NCBI GenBank assembly: GCA_903829075.1
Contig: CAIKOH010000064.1
Coordinates: forward strand, 10,852-74,851
Source of the DNA: Candidatus Uhrbacteria bacterium
GTDB lineage: Bacteria > Patescibacteriota > Patescibacteriia > 2-12-FULL-60-25
DNA length: 64,000 nt
Direction of reading: 5' to 3'
Shown here: piece by piece, positions 1-9,437 of the stretch
Layout: each line of letters begins with the position of its first letter
How positions within the stretch are numbered: position 1 is the first letter of the stretch
The notes under the pieces: generated by a model
Told to the model about the DNA's origin: nothing
The model's database searches: none
What the model saw: only the letters and a program-made list of their open reading frames with translations
Translations under genes and position numbers: made by a program

Positions 1-1277
1 TACACATCGTATTTATGCATGGTGAGCTGCGATTCGATCTGTTTGACCGATTCAATCACCACTGACACGACGATCAGCAAAGAGGTTCCACCAAGCGCCA
101 GGGCTTTAGTCTGCGTCACCCCTTGAAACGCGATCGGCATGACCGCGATAATCCCAAGAAACAATGCTCCACCCAAGGTGATTCGCTGAATCACGCGCTC
201 CAAGTACTCTGACGTTGGCTTGCCTGGACGAATTCCTGGAATAAACCCTCCTTGCTTCTGTAAATTTTCCGCGATCGTATCTGGATGAAAGATGACCGCC
301 GTGTAGAAGTAGGTGAAGCTCACCACCAACAAGAAATACAAGGCTCCGTAGATGGTTTGGTTCTGTAATGTTGCAACGACCCACTGCGCCGCCGAAGCGA
401 CCCAGGCGCTCTTCGCATTGATCAAAAACTGTGCGATGAAGGTTGGGAAAAGCAATAAAGAGATGGCAAAAATGATTGGGATCACGCCCACCATGTTCAC
501 ACGCAACGGCAAGGAAGAATTCACTCCGGATGCAAGAGAACTCGCACCACCTCTCACCTGACGCGCATACTGCACAGGGATGTTGCGCTGGCCTTCCGTG
601 ACAAACACCACGCCCACAACCGTTGCCAAAGCCACTGCAGCGAGCACCAAGATCGAAATCCATGACAAGCTGTCAGCGGTGGATGCGAACTGAGAAGCGG
701 AGCTTGGCAGGTTTGCTACAATACCCGCGAAAATGATCAATGAAACGCCATTTCCGACGTTCTTTTCCGACATGAGTTCTCCCAACCACATCAGGAACAT
801 GGTTCCGGCGGTGACAATACACACGATCGTAACCAAATGAAATACACCGGCCTGCTTCAAAATCGGAACCTGTGATTGACGTAACAATGCCATCAAACCA
901 AAGGATTGAATGATCGCGAGAGGAACCGTCAGCAAACGCGTCCACTGGTTAATTTTTCGTTGACCTGCCTCCCCTTCTTTTTGAATCTCCTCAATACGCG
1001 GGACGATCATGCCCAACAACTGAAAGATAATGGAAGCCGTGATGTACGGCCCCACACCTAACGCGACGATACTAAAACTGCGGATCGTTCCTCCAGAAAA
1101 TAAGTTCAACAACCCAAGAACGCGGTTCGCAGCAAAGAAATTCTCTAAAGCTACGAGATCAACTCCAGGCAGAGGGATGTTCGCCGCAATGCGGAAGATC
1201 ACCATCATCAACAGCACGAAGACGAGTCCATTGCGGACCTCACGGACTTTCCACGCTTGAAGGAGTTTTTCCCACAT
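1..1277 (-). CDS. secY: preprotein translocase subunit SecY (C-terminal end runs off the window)
   Basis: Manual reverse translation from the ATG at 1277 gives MWEKLLQAWKVREVRNGLVFVLLMMVIFRIAANIPLPGVD...GVGPYITASIIFQLLGMIVP...FAGIVANLP. The frame stays open to position 1. It lies directly downstream of rplO, as in spc operons. It is absent from the ORF track because it has no stop inside the window. Confidence 0.9.
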   Translation of the reverse strand, partial: MWEKLLQAWKVREVRNGLVFVLLMMVIFRIAANIPLPGVDLVALENFFAANRVLGLLNLFSGGTIRSFSIVALGVGPYITASIIFQLLGMIVPRIEEIQKEGEAGQRKINQWTRLLTVPLAIIQSFGLMALLRQSQVPILKQAGVFHLVTIVCIVTAGTMFLMWLGELMSEKNVGNGVSLIIFAGIVANLPSSASQFASTADSLSWISILVLAAVALATVVGVVFVTEGQRNIPVQYARQVRGGASSLASGVNSSLPLRVNMVGVIPIIFAISLLLFPTFIAQFLINAKSAWVASAAQWVVATLQNQTIYGALYFLLVVSFTYFYTAVIFHPDTIAENLQKQGGFIPGIRPGKPTSEYLERVIQRITLGGALFLGIIAVMPIAFQGVTQTKALALGGTSLLIVVSVVIESVKQIESQLTMHKYDV

Positions 1278-1293
1278 AGGAAGTAAAATTAAC

Positions 1294-1770
1294 CTATTTC
1301 TTATCGTGCTTCACCGGCTTATGTTTCGCCTCCTTATATTTAATTGAACCACCCGCCTTCTCCACAGCTTCACGCGCTCCAACGCTCAACAACATACCTG
1401 ACACATGGAGACGCTTGGTGAGCAGACCACTGGCAACGATCTTTGCGGTCTGTCCACGACGAACCAGTTCATGTTCAAGAAGGCTCTCGATTGTCACCTG
1501 AGCGTCATCCGGAAAGATATTCAACTGCGTAAGCGTCACCGTGTGTGGCTTATTTGCCAAACTGGTAAAGCCACGTTGCTTTGGAAAGCTTAGCAACATC
1601 TGCTTCATGCCCTTCAAACCCAAGCGCTTGCGTCCACCTGTACGCGAACGCTGCCCCTTGGTTCCACGACCAGAGGTCTTTCCGCGACCAGAACCCAACC
1701 CACGACCAATACGGAAGGTCTTGGTACGAGAGCCTGGATTTGACGCCAAGGTGTGCATCGAGAGTGACAT
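1294..1770 (-). CDS. rplO: 50S ribosomal protein L15
   Basis: 158 aa. Carries the GRGLGSGRGKTSGRGTKGQRSR motif typical of L15. Sits between rpsE and secY. Uses a TAG stop. Confidence 0.92.
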   Translation of the reverse strand: MSLSMHTLASNPGSRTKTFRIGRGLGSGRGKTSGRGTKGQRSRTGGRKRLGLKGMKQMLLSFPKQRGFTSLANKPHTVTLTQLNIFPDDAQVTIESLLEHELVRRGQTAKIVASGLLTKRLHVSGMLLSVGAREAVEKAGGSIKYKEAKHKPVKHDKK

Positions 1771-1788
1771 ACAGGTAAAAATAAAAGA

Positions 1789-2499
1789 TTACGCTTGTGG
1801 AGAATCAGGGGTCGTTGCCGTAGGCTTCTGCTTCACGCGCAACTGTTTCAAAGCGGCAAACGTCGCCTTGACATTATTAATTTTATTGGATGAACCGAGA
1901 ATTTTGGAAACAACATTCGGTACGCCTGCCAACTCAAGCACGGCGCGCACCGCTCCACCAGCTTTGATTCCCGTTCCTTTCGGAGCTGGTTTCAAGAGCA
2001 CGTGTGCGGCAGCAAATTTGGCTTCCACGGCATGCGGGATGGTTTCGTTGACCAATGGAACCGTCAACAGAGCTTTGCGAGCTTGTGTCGTCGCCTTGTT
2101 CGTTGAAGCTGCAACATCAATGCCCTTCGCTAATCCAAAACCGACGCGTCCTTTATGGTTACCGATCACGCACAATGCTCGAAAACGCATGCGCTTGCCT
2201 CCCTTGGTCACACGCGTAACACGAGCGATTTCGATCTTCTTTTCATCGTAATCTGCCTCTGGAGAACCATCGCCGCCTGGACGACGTCCATCGCGACGCT
2301 GACCGCCACCACCTGGACGGCGCTGACCGCCTCCTCCGCCACGAGAATTTCCACCACGGCCGCCCATCGCTCCAGCAGGTGAACGCTGTTTTCCGCGTCC
2401 GTTGATGTGCACGATTGGCGTAGCCGAAGCTGGCACTGGTGCAGCGGCTGGTTGTTGAGCTTCCGAAGAAGCTGGGATTTGTGTGTCATCAAGTATCAT
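1789..2499 (-). CDS. rpsE: 30S ribosomal protein S5 with an N-terminal Arg/Gly-rich extension of about 80 aa
   Basis: 236 aa. The core reads KKIEIARVTRVTKGGKRMRFRALCVIGNHKGRVGFGLAKG. It is preceded by GGRGGNSRGGGGGQRRPGGGGQRRDGRRPGG. Lies between rplR and rplO. Confidence 0.92.
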   Translation of the reverse strand: MILDDTQIPASSEAQQPAAAPVPASATPIVHINGRGKQRSPAGAMGGRGGNSRGGGGGQRRPGGGGQRRDGRRPGGDGSPEADYDEKKIEIARVTRVTKGGKRMRFRALCVIGNHKGRVGFGLAKGIDVAASTNKATTQARKALLTVPLVNETIPHAVEAKFAAAHVLLKPAPKGTGIKAGGAVRAVLELAGVPNVVSKILGSSNKINNVKATFAALKQLRVKQKPTATTPDSPQA

Positions 2500-2502
2500 A
2501 GA

Positions 2503-2877
2503 TCAAAAGGAAAGTCCGGCCGCACGTGCACCGTCTGCTACGGCACGCACACGTCCATGATATTTTTTATCGCGTCGATCAAACACGACCTGTTTTACCC
2601 CTTTTTCCAAGGCGCGCGCACCAAGCATGCGACCAACCAGATCAGCCAACTCCGCCTTCTTTTTTCCTTTGCGTTCCGCCTCCGTGATCTCGCGATCATG
2701 GACAGCGGCAAGCGTACGACCAACCGTGTCGTCGATAATCTGCGCTTCCACGTGGCGCAGGGTGCGTTTCACGCTTAAGCGAGGGCGCTCTGGGGTGCCC
2801 GTAACGGTGGCGCGAACTCGACGTAAACGGCGAGCACGGCGTTCTTCATTGCGTAATCGTTGGCTCATAGTGATCAA
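2503..2877 (-). CDS. rplR: 50S ribosomal protein L18
   Basis: 124 aa. Contains [19 protein letters not shown] and [20 protein letters not shown]. Position fits the spc operon order. Confidence 0.92.
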   Translation of the reverse strand: MITMSQRLRNEERRARRLRRVRATVTGTPERPRLSVKRTLRHVEAQIIDDTVGRTLAAVHDREITEAERKGKKKAELADLVGRMLGARALEKGVKQVVFDRRDKKYHGRVRAVADGARAAGLSF

Positions 2878-2878
2878 A

Positions 2879-3433
2879 TTAAGCGCCTGTCTTGGCTGCT
2901 TTACCAGCCTTACGACGGATGACTTCGTCGGTGTATTTTATCCCTTTCCCCTTATATGGTTCAGGTGGTTTGACGCGACGAATCTGTGCCGCGATCTCTC
3001 CCACTAACTGACGGTCCACGCCGCGCAGGGTCACGATCTGTTTTTCTACCGTTACGGAAATACCTTCTGGGACAGAGAAGCGCACCTTATGCGAAAAACC
3101 GACATCCATCACGAGCGTGTCTTTTCCTTCCAAAGCGACTTTGAAACCGACACCAACAAATTCCAAGGCTTTTGAAAACGGTGTTTGCACGCCTGTGACG
3201 GCATTGTTCAGCAGTTGACGGGTCAAACCCCACAATGCGGACTGCTTCACGTGCGTCGCATCATCAACACTCACCTCGAGTTGTCGTGGTTCTTTTGTTT
3301 CAGACACGTGGGCATGTTCGGCAAGCGGAACCGTCACCTGTCCGTGCGGACCCGTGACAATGATGCGCGTCGCCTCCATGTTGACGTTGACGCCGGCTGG
3401 GAGTGGGATGAATTTTTTTCCGATACGAGACAT
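2879..3433 (-). CDS. rplF: 50S ribosomal protein L6
   Basis: 184 aa. N-terminus [17 protein letters not shown]; C-terminal region [11 protein letters not shown]. Operon position fits. Confidence 0.92.
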   Translation of the reverse strand: MSRIGKKFIPLPAGVNVNMEATRIIVTGPHGQVTVPLAEHAHVSETKEPRQLEVSVDDATHVKQSALWGLTRQLLNNAVTGVQTPFSKALEFVGVGFKVALEGKDTLVMDVGFSHKVRFSVPEGISVTVEKQIVTLRGVDRQLVGEIAAQIRRVKPPEPYKGKGIKYTDEVIRRKAGKAAKTGA

Positions 3434-3451
3434 ACGTAGGGTGGACGGTGA

Positions 3452-3844
3452 TTAGAAAATCTCACACACGACCTCACCTCCAAGGTGACGTCGGCGAGCT
3501 TCACGGTTCGTCATCATGCCGGCAGAGGTCGAGATGATGGCCGTACCTTGGTCAGACAATACGCGAGGCAGTTCATGCGCCTGGCGATACACGCGACGTC
3601 CTGGGGTTGACACGCGCTTGATCGAGCGGATCAACGGAAGTTTTTCAACGTACTTCAGGGTGAGTGCGATAAGTCGGCGCGCACCATCAGCACGCTCCTC
3701 GACGGACATGATGTAGCCCTCGCGTTCCAAAATCTTGGCCACAGCCATTTTTGATTTCGAAAACGGCACGGTCATGAGTTCATGGCCTGCAAGCTGCGCG
3801 TTGCGAATGCGCGTAAGAAAGTCGCTCATTGGATCAGTGGACAT
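3452..3844 (-). CDS. rpsH: 30S ribosomal protein S8
   Basis: 130 aa. N-terminus DPMSDFLTRIRNA; C-terminus GGEVVCEIF. Confidence 0.92.
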   Translation of the reverse strand: MSTDPMSDFLTRIRNAQLAGHELMTVPFSKSKMAVAKILEREGYIMSVEERADGARRLIALTLKYVEKLPLIRSIKRVSTPGRRVYRQAHELPRVLSDQGTAIISTSAGMMTNREARRRHLGGEVVCEIF

Positions 3845-3856
3845 ACAGGGGTGGGT

Positions 3857-4042
3857 TTACCAACTCGATTTGGTTACGCCAGGCAATTCTCCGCGATTCG
3901 CGAGTTCCCGGAAACAGATGCGGCAGAGGTTGAAGTCTCGCATGAATCCGCGTTTTCGTCCACAGCGCCAACAGCGGCGTACGATACGCGTGGAAAACTT
4001 GGGTGTCCGCAGTGATTTGGCGATTTGTGCTTCAGTAGCCAT
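3857..4042 (-). CDS. rpsN: 30S ribosomal protein S14, short zinc-binding (type Z) form
   Basis: 61 aa. CWRCGR...CRICFRE gives the paired CxxC motifs. Lies between rplE and rpsH. Confidence 0.9.
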   Translation of the reverse strand: MATEAQIAKSLRTPKFSTRIVRRCWRCGRKRGFMRDFNLCRICFRELANRGELPGVTKSSW

Positions 4043-4069
4043 AGTGAGAGTTAATGGAGGGAGAGGTCC

Positions 4070-4609
4070 TTAGGCGGTTTGCCAAGGGAAGCCGAGGGCT
4101 TTTAACAGTTTGAATCCACGTTCACGGGTTCCAGCAGTGGTCGTGATCGTGACCTGGAGACCATGAATTTTTTCGACCTCATCTGAACGGATTTCAGGGA
4201 AGGCAAGGTGTTCGCGGAATCCGATCGTCACATTCCCCTGCGCGTCCACCAACTTTGGGGACAGGCCGCGGAAGTCGCGGATACGAGGGAAGGTCACGTT
4301 GATCAAGCGACCGAGAAAGTCCCACATACGAGGACCGCGCAGAGTCACCATGACCCCGACGACCATACCTTCACGGATTTTAAAGTTGGCGATGGATTTT
4401 TTGGCTTTGGTGCGCACCGGCTTTTGTCCGGTGATGCGTTCCAGATTCTGCTCAACCGTTTCCAGAATTTTTGAATCTTTTTGTGACACTGGAATGCCAA
4501 CGGAAAGCACAATCTTGCGGATGCAAGGCACGGAATGAGAGTTGGTCAACTCCAATTCTTTTTTCAGTTGTGGCACGATGTCTTTCGTGAAGTGTTCTTG
4601 AAGTGTCAT
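4070..4609 (-). CDS. rplE: 50S ribosomal protein L5
   Basis: 179 aa. Contains ITGQKPVRTKAKKSIANFKIREGMVVGVMVTLRG. Confidence 0.92.
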   Translation of the reverse strand: MTLQEHFTKDIVPQLKKELELTNSHSVPCIRKIVLSVGIPVSQKDSKILETVEQNLERITGQKPVRTKAKKSIANFKIREGMVVGVMVTLRGPRMWDFLGRLINVTFPRIRDFRGLSPKLVDAQGNVTIGFREHLAFPEIRSDEVEKIHGLQVTITTTAGTRERGFKLLKALGFPWQTA

Positions 4610-4878
4610 ACGGCGGGTGAAGATGAACGACGACGAGTCGGTTTGCCATCGGCAGCAATGTGCTGCACGTTGGAAATGTGAATCGGCATGGACATCTCAA
4701 TGATACGGCCCTTGGCATCTTTCGAGCGCGGTTTCAGATGGCGCTTGGTCAAGCGAACACCTTCCACGACGACGCGTTGCAATTGTGGAAACACCTGCAG
4801 CACTTTGCCGCGTTTCCCACGATCTGATCCGGCAATGACGATGACTTCGTCACCAGTTTTTACATGAGGAGATGACAT
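4606..4878 (-). CDS. rplX: 50S ribosomal protein L24
   Basis: 90 aa. Contains the KOW motif VKTGDEVIVIAGSDRGKRGKV. Overlaps rplE by 4 nt. Confidence 0.9.
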   Translation of the reverse strand: MSSPHVKTGDEVIVIAGSDRGKRGKVLQVFPQLQRVVVEGVRLTKRHLKPRSKDAKGRIIEMSMPIHISNVQHIAADGKPTRRRSSSPAV

Positions 4879-4883
4879 AGGGG

Positions 4884-5255
4884 TTACAAAACTTCTGGCG
4901 CCAAGGAAATGATCTTATGATAGCCCTTCAAGCGCAGTTCACGCGCGATCGGACCAAAGATACGTGTGCCCTTTGGATCTTTCGTTTTTGGATCGATGAT
5001 CACGCCAGCGTTATCATCAAAACGGATGTAAGTGCCATCAGGACGGCGTGATTCTTTGTGGGTACGCACAATCACGACATGCACGATGTCAGATTTCTTG
5101 ACCACGCCGCGAGGGCTCGCCTGCTTGACGACGCAGGTGACCACGTCGCCGATGCGACCATAGTGCTTGCGATAGCCTCCATTGACGTGGATACACTGTA
5201 AAATTTTAGCTCCCGTGTTGTCAGCAACGGCGAGCATGGTTCGATGTTGAATCAT
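4884..5255 (-). CDS. rplN: 50S ribosomal protein L14
   Basis: The ORF-track entry runs to 5327. The canonical N-terminus [17 protein letters not shown] starts at the ATG at 5255 (123 aa). This start forms an ATGA overlap with the rpsQ stop. Confidence 0.9.
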   Translation of the reverse strand: MIQHRTMLAVADNTGAKILQCIHVNGGYRKHYGRIGDVVTCVVKQASPRGVVKKSDIVHVVIVRTHKESRRPDGTYIRFDDNAGVIIDPKTKDPKGTRIFGPIARELRLKGYHKIISLAPEVL

Positions 5256-5554
5256 ACGTTGGTTGGGGTCGCAGAAGACACGTGCGAAACATAACGCCAG
5301 CGCTTCAAACGGCTCATGGGGCGGCACGCTTCAAACACGATCACGTCGCCAAGTTTAACGATGCGCTTCGCATCATGCACATGGTAGCGCTTCGACATCG
5401 TGTAGATCTTCCCATATTTTGGATGGGTGATGCGTCGATCAACGCGCACGATGGCCGTGAAAGGCGTAGACGCAGAAACCACCACGCCCTGGAGTTGGCG
5501 CTGGTGTACGGCTGACGTGGCGGACGCCACTGTTGAAGATGAAGGGGATGACAT
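5252..5554 (-). CDS. rpsQ: 30S ribosomal protein S17
   Basis: [33 protein letters not shown] matches the S17 core. The ATG at 5554 is chosen. The track start at 5602 is a GTG lying inside rplP. Confidence 0.85.
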   Translation of the reverse strand: MSSPSSSTVASATSAVHQRQLQGVVVSASTPFTAIVRVDRRITHPKYGKIYTMSKRYHVHDAKRIVKLGDVIVFEACRPMSRLKRWRYVSHVSSATPTNV

Positions 5555-5577
5555 ACGTTGTCTGGAGATCAATGAAA

Positions 5578-5991
5578 TTACCTGGCCTGAACGAACTTGC
5601 ACACCGAGGACATCTTGTACGCGGCATCTTCGAGCGCTTTCTTTGCGACATCGGCTGGCACACCGTCCATCTCAAACATGATGGTTCCGGCACGCACGAC
5701 CGCGACATAGTGGTCGACCCCTCCTTTACCGGCACCCATCGGAACTTCGTTTCCTTTCTTGGTGATCGGTTTGTCAGGGAAGACGCGAATCCAGATCTTG
5801 CCACCCTTTTTGATCGAGCGTGACAGAACGCGACGCGCGGCTTCAATCTGTTGACTGGAAACCCAGGCCGGGGTCAGCGCTTTCAACCCATACGCGCCAA
5901 AGGCCAATTCCAATTTCGTCGTGGCCACGCGAATGTTGCGGCCACGGCCTTTGTGCCATTTACGATGTTTGACTTTTTTAGGGATGAGCAT
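5578..5991 (-). CDS. rplP: 50S ribosomal protein L16
   Basis: 137 aa. N-terminus [16 protein letters not shown]; also contains [16 protein letters not shown]. Confidence 0.92.
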   Translation of the reverse strand: MLIPKKVKHRKWHKGRGRNIRVATTKLELAFGAYGLKALTPAWVSSQQIEAARRVLSRSIKKGGKIWIRVFPDKPITKKGNEVPMGAGKGGVDHYVAVVRAGTIMFEMDGVPADVAKKALEDAAYKMSSVCKFVQAR

Positions 5992-6006
5992 ACAAGAAAG
6001 CGAGCG

Positions 6007-6825
6007 TTAAACGGCTGCGACCGGTGCTGCAGCGTCCGGCGAGTGCGCGGGCGCGACCGAGGTAGCTGTCGATGAAGTCGTTGTTCGAGCACCAGAGAAC
6101 CCTCGATCGTTGCGGCGGTCCGTTGGACGCGCGCCACGATTTTGGACGGTGGTTGGTTGGTATTTGGTCAAACGATCCTGCTCAAACACATCGCCGCGAT
6201 AGATCCAGACCTTGACACCAATGGATCCAGCGATCGTTTGCGCAAAGCGCTGACAATAATCAATGTCGGCACGCAGATTCGTGAGTGGAAGCTTGCCCCA
6301 GCTCAAGGATTCGCGACGCGCGATTTCCGCACCATTCAAACGTCCTGAGACAGCAATCTTTACTCCAAGAGCGCCTCCTTTTTTCACACGTTCGATGGAT
6401 GTTTTGAGCACACGGCGAAATGCCATGCGGCGTTCAAGATCCGCAATGACCCCCTGACAGACCAAGTTCGCTTCCAAAGATGGCTTGGAAACTTCCTGGA
6501 TGGAAATATGCAATTGAACCGCCTTTGAACGACCTGGGAAAAATTTCTTCAGGATTTTTTTCTTCAATTCTTCGGCTCCGCTTCCAGAACGGCCAATCAC
6601 CCAACCAGGTTTCGCGGTGTGAATGACGATCGACAACGCTCCACGTGAGCGTTCGATCTCGATGCGGTTGACCGCGGCTTCCTTCAAATCATTCGCAAGA
6701 AACGTGCGCAAACCAATGTCCTGCTTCAGCTGCGCACGATATTGATCGTCACGGGCAAACCAACGAGACGGCCATTCGGTGGTCGTACCAAGACGGAAAA
6801 CAATGGGATGAACTTTGTGACCCAT
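6007..6825 (-). CDS. rpsC: 30S ribosomal protein S3 with a C-terminal low-complexity tail
   Basis: 272 aa. N-terminus MGHKVHPIVFRLG. Contains a KH-domain GRSGSG segment. The tail is rich in T, S, A and P. Confidence 0.92.
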   Translation of the reverse strand: MGHKVHPIVFRLGTTTEWPSRWFARDDQYRAQLKQDIGLRTFLANDLKEAAVNRIEIERSRGALSIVIHTAKPGWVIGRSGSGAEELKKKILKKFFPGRSKAVQLHISIQEVSKPSLEANLVCQGVIADLERRMAFRRVLKTSIERVKKGGALGVKIAVSGRLNGAEIARRESLSWGKLPLTNLRADIDYCQRFAQTIAGSIGVKVWIYRGDVFEQDRLTKYQPTTVQNRGARPTDRRNDRGFSGARTTTSSTATSVAPAHSPDAAAPVAAV

Positions 6826-6831
6826 AGGAAG

Positions 6832-7197
6832 TTAGGCGCTCTTGCGAGCGGAAGAAGCGGCCAATTCTGGCACCGCCAAGACAAGATGAATATGCGTGCT
6901 GCGCTTACGGATAGGCGCGGAGCGTCCCATGGCTCGTGGACGAGAGCGTTTCGTCGTTGGTCCACCATCAGCCGTAATCGTTTTGATCACCAGCGTTTCC
7001 GCGTGCAACTGAAAATTATGCTCGGCATTCGCCATCGCAGAACGCAACAACTTAAGAACCGGTCGAGCTGCACCTTTTTGCATGAACTGAAGCCGAGTGT
7101 CGGCCTCAACCGCAGGCAAACCGCGCACAGCATTAATCACCAGACGCACTTTGCGTGGTGACATACGAAGAAAACGAAGTGATGCGTGGACGTCCAT
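6832..7197 (-). CDS. rplV: 50S ribosomal protein L22
   Basis: 121 aa. Contains LRFLRMSPRKVRLVINAVRG. Confidence 0.9.
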   Translation of the reverse strand: MDVHASLRFLRMSPRKVRLVINAVRGLPAVEADTRLQFMQKGAARPVLKLLRSAMANAEHNFQLHAETLVIKTITADGGPTTKRSRPRAMGRSAPIRKRSTHIHLVLAVPELAASSARKSA

Positions 7198-7202
7198 AGG
7201 TT

Positions 7203-7526
7203 TTATTTCTTTTTAGCCGCTGGCGCTGGAGCGGCGGCGGGAGCTGCACCCGCTTCTTTACTCGACACAACTTTTCCTCCATGACGCACAAATTTGCGCG
7301 TGGCAGAAAATTCTCCGAGCTTGTGACCCACCATGTTCTCAACGACGGACACAGGGATATGCACCCGACCATTATGAACACCGATGATTTTTCCAACCAT
7401 CTCTGGGGTGATCGTCGAGGTGCGCGACCATGTTTTGATAATGGTCTTGTCGCCCGACTTCAAAGCCGCGACTTTTTTCGCGAGCTTCGGATCAGTAAAT
7501 TGTCCTTTGCGTGAACTGCGGGACAT
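7203..7526 (-). CDS. rpsS: 30S ribosomal protein S19 with an Ala/Pro/Lys tail
   Basis: 107 aa. Contains [15 protein letters not shown] and [11 protein letters not shown]. The C-terminus is [14 protein letters not shown]. Confidence 0.9.
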   Translation of the reverse strand: MSRSSRKGQFTDPKLAKKVAALKSGDKTIIKTWSRTSTITPEMVGKIIGVHNGRVHIPVSVVENMVGHKLGEFSATRKFVRHGGKVVSSKEAGAAPAAAPAPAAKKK

Positions 7527-7529
7527 ACG

Positions 7530-8375
7530 TTAGACGTTTTGGATGCGGCCCTTGCGGCGGAATAAGATCATGTTGTCTGAAGCCACGTTCTTGTGGCGCG
7601 TCTTGACTCCCATGGCATGTTTGCCCCACTTGGTTTTGGCGTACTTCATACCGATCGGATGCTTACCTTCACCTCCACCGTGTGGATGGTCAACTGGGTT
7701 CATCACTTTTCCACGGACGGTTGGACGAATACCTCGATGACGCATGCGTCCGGCTTTTCCCCAGCGCACCAAGTGCCAATCTGGATTCGACACGCTTCCG
7801 ACGGTGGCTAAACAATGTTTTGAGACACGGCGTACTTCGCCTGATGGCAGTTTAAGCGTAGCGTATTCTCCTTCAAGCGCCATGAATTCGATCACGGTTC
7901 CTGCAGCTCGACCGATAACCGCACCTTTTCCTGCAAGCATTTCCACGGCGTGGACCGGGGTTCCGATCGGAATACGTTCGAGCGGAAGACGATTTCCTGC
8001 GGAAATTTCCGCTTCTTTCTTGGATGAAATGACCATGTCACCTACCTTGACCCCCTGTGGACACAGGATATAGCTCTTGACCCCGTCCTTGTAGACCACT
8101 AAAGCGAGACGTGCTCCGCGATTTGGATCGTATTCAATCGCGGCGATACGCGCTGGAATATCAAAACGCACGCGTTGAAAATCAATGTCGCGGATGCGAC
8201 GCTTGTGACCACTTCCCTGATGGCGCACCGTAATTTTTCCACCAGAACGGCCAGCCTGCTGCTTACTTGAGATGACCAATGATTTTTCAGAACGTCGCGC
8301 GGTGACATCAGAAAAATCCTGCACCGATGAGTGGCGGCGGCCTTTGGTTACTGGGCGGTAGACGTGAATAGGCAT
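7530..8375 (-). CDS. rplB: 50S ribosomal protein L2
   Basis: Contains GGGEGKHPIG and SGHKRRIR motifs. The ATG at 8375 (MPIHVYRP) is preferred. The track start at 8390 is a TTG. Confidence 0.9.
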   Translation of the reverse strand: MPIHVYRPVTKGRRHSSVQDFSDVTARRSEKSLVISSKQQAGRSGGKITVRHQGSGHKRRIRDIDFQRVRFDIPARIAAIEYDPNRGARLALVVYKDGVKSYILCPQGVKVGDMVISSKKEAEISAGNRLPLERIPIGTPVHAVEMLAGKGAVIGRAAGTVIEFMALEGEYATLKLPSGEVRRVSKHCLATVGSVSNPDWHLVRWGKAGRMRHRGIRPTVRGKVMNPVDHPHGGGEGKHPIGMKYAKTKWGKHAMGVKTRHKNVASDNMILFRRKGRIQNV

Positions 8376-8386
8376 AACTTGAGAGA

Positions 8387-8800
8387 TCAAACACCGGCAT
8401 GAAGATCAATCTTTTGACCTTCTGCGAGCGTCACGAGGGCTTTTTTTGAATCGCTGCGATGACCGCGGACGCGTCCACGTTGGGTCGCCTTTCCACTCAT
8501 GCGAAGCGTTCGAACACGTTCAACCTTTACCTTGTAGGTCTGCTCGATAATATGCTTGATGTTTTGCTTTTCTGCACCGAGCGCGACGTCAAACACATAG
8601 GTACGCAGGTCGGAGTTCAAACGGGCGGCCTTTTCCGTGGCGCGTGGACGATACACGACGCTGTGCGTCTGAGTCGGCATAGCGTTCGCTTCGACTCCGG
8701 CCTTCAAGACCGGTTCTGCCTCGACCACAGTTTTCGTTGAAGCTGCTGCATCAGATGATGCGGCGATTTTCTTTTTGCGGATTTGATCAAGAATTGCCAT
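8387..8800 (-). CDS. rplW: 50S ribosomal protein L23 with an N-terminal extension of about 40 aa
   Basis: The core reads YRPRATEKAARLNSDLRTYVFDVALGAEKQNIKHIIEQTYKVKV. An alternative start at 8680 would remove the extension but would open a 125-nt gap in the operon. Confidence 0.85.
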   Translation of the reverse strand: MAILDQIRKKKIAASSDAAASTKTVVEAEPVLKAGVEANAMPTQTHSVVYRPRATEKAARLNSDLRTYVFDVALGAEKQNIKHIIEQTYKVKVERVRTLRMSGKATQRGRVRGHRSDSKKALVTLAEGQKIDLHAGV

Positions 8801-8805
8801 AAAGG

Positions 8806-9432
8806 TTAGACGTAAATCTTTTCAAATGCCTGCAATCCATCTTGCAAGAAGACCAAGGTTCGGTAGGTTAACACATCTTGCAGATTTACGCTTTCCGCGC
8901 TGACAAGTTTTGCCTGTTGCAAATTCTTCATCATACGCATAAGCAGTGGCTGCGAACCCGCGGCAATAAACAGCGTTGTTTTGTCGAGCGGAAGATTCTT
9001 CCAAAGCTGTGCCGCCACCTTGGTTTTTGGCGAGTCGGTTGAAATCTTGTCCACAACCAAAATCTTTTTCTGCTCAAGCTTATCACTTAAAGCCATGAAC
9101 AAAGCCTTGCGTTTGGTTTTTTTGTTGACCTTCTGTGACCAATTGCGTTCGCTGGATGGACCAAAGGTAATTCCACCACCAATCCATTGAGGAGAACGCG
9201 TGGATCCTTGGCGTGCCCGGCCCGTACCCTTTTGTTTCCAGGGTTTTTTTCCACCACCACGAACTTCACCTTTGGTCAAGGTTGAAGCAATGGAGCGGCG
9301 AGCGTTGGCGCGCTGAGCAACCAACACCTCGTGCACCAAGGCTGTATCTGGGTTGACATGAAAAATCCCATCAGCAAGTTCAACCTCGCCGACGACCTTT
9401 CCCATTTGATTGTAGACAGAAACTTTCGACAT
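8806..9432 (-). CDS. rplD: 50S ribosomal protein L4
   Basis: 208 aa. Contains GGGKKPWKQKGTGRARQGSTRSPQW. Confidence 0.9.
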   Translation of the reverse strand: MSKVSVYNQMGKVVGEVELADGIFHVNPDTALVHEVLVAQRANARRSIASTLTKGEVRGGGKKPWKQKGTGRARQGSTRSPQWIGGGITFGPSSERNWSQKVNKKTKRKALFMALSDKLEQKKILVVDKISTDSPKTKVAAQLWKNLPLDKTTLFIAAGSQPLLMRMMKNLQQAKLVSAESVNLQDVLTYRTLVFLQDGLQAFEKIYV

Positions 9433-9437
9433 AGGGG

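Noticed and set aside
106-1260. Track ORFs 106-663(-), 352-561(+), 673-945(-) and 1030-1260(+).
   Set aside because: All lie inside the secY reading frame, which is open from 1277 to the window edge. They are out-of-frame or antisense shadows with non-protein-like sequences.
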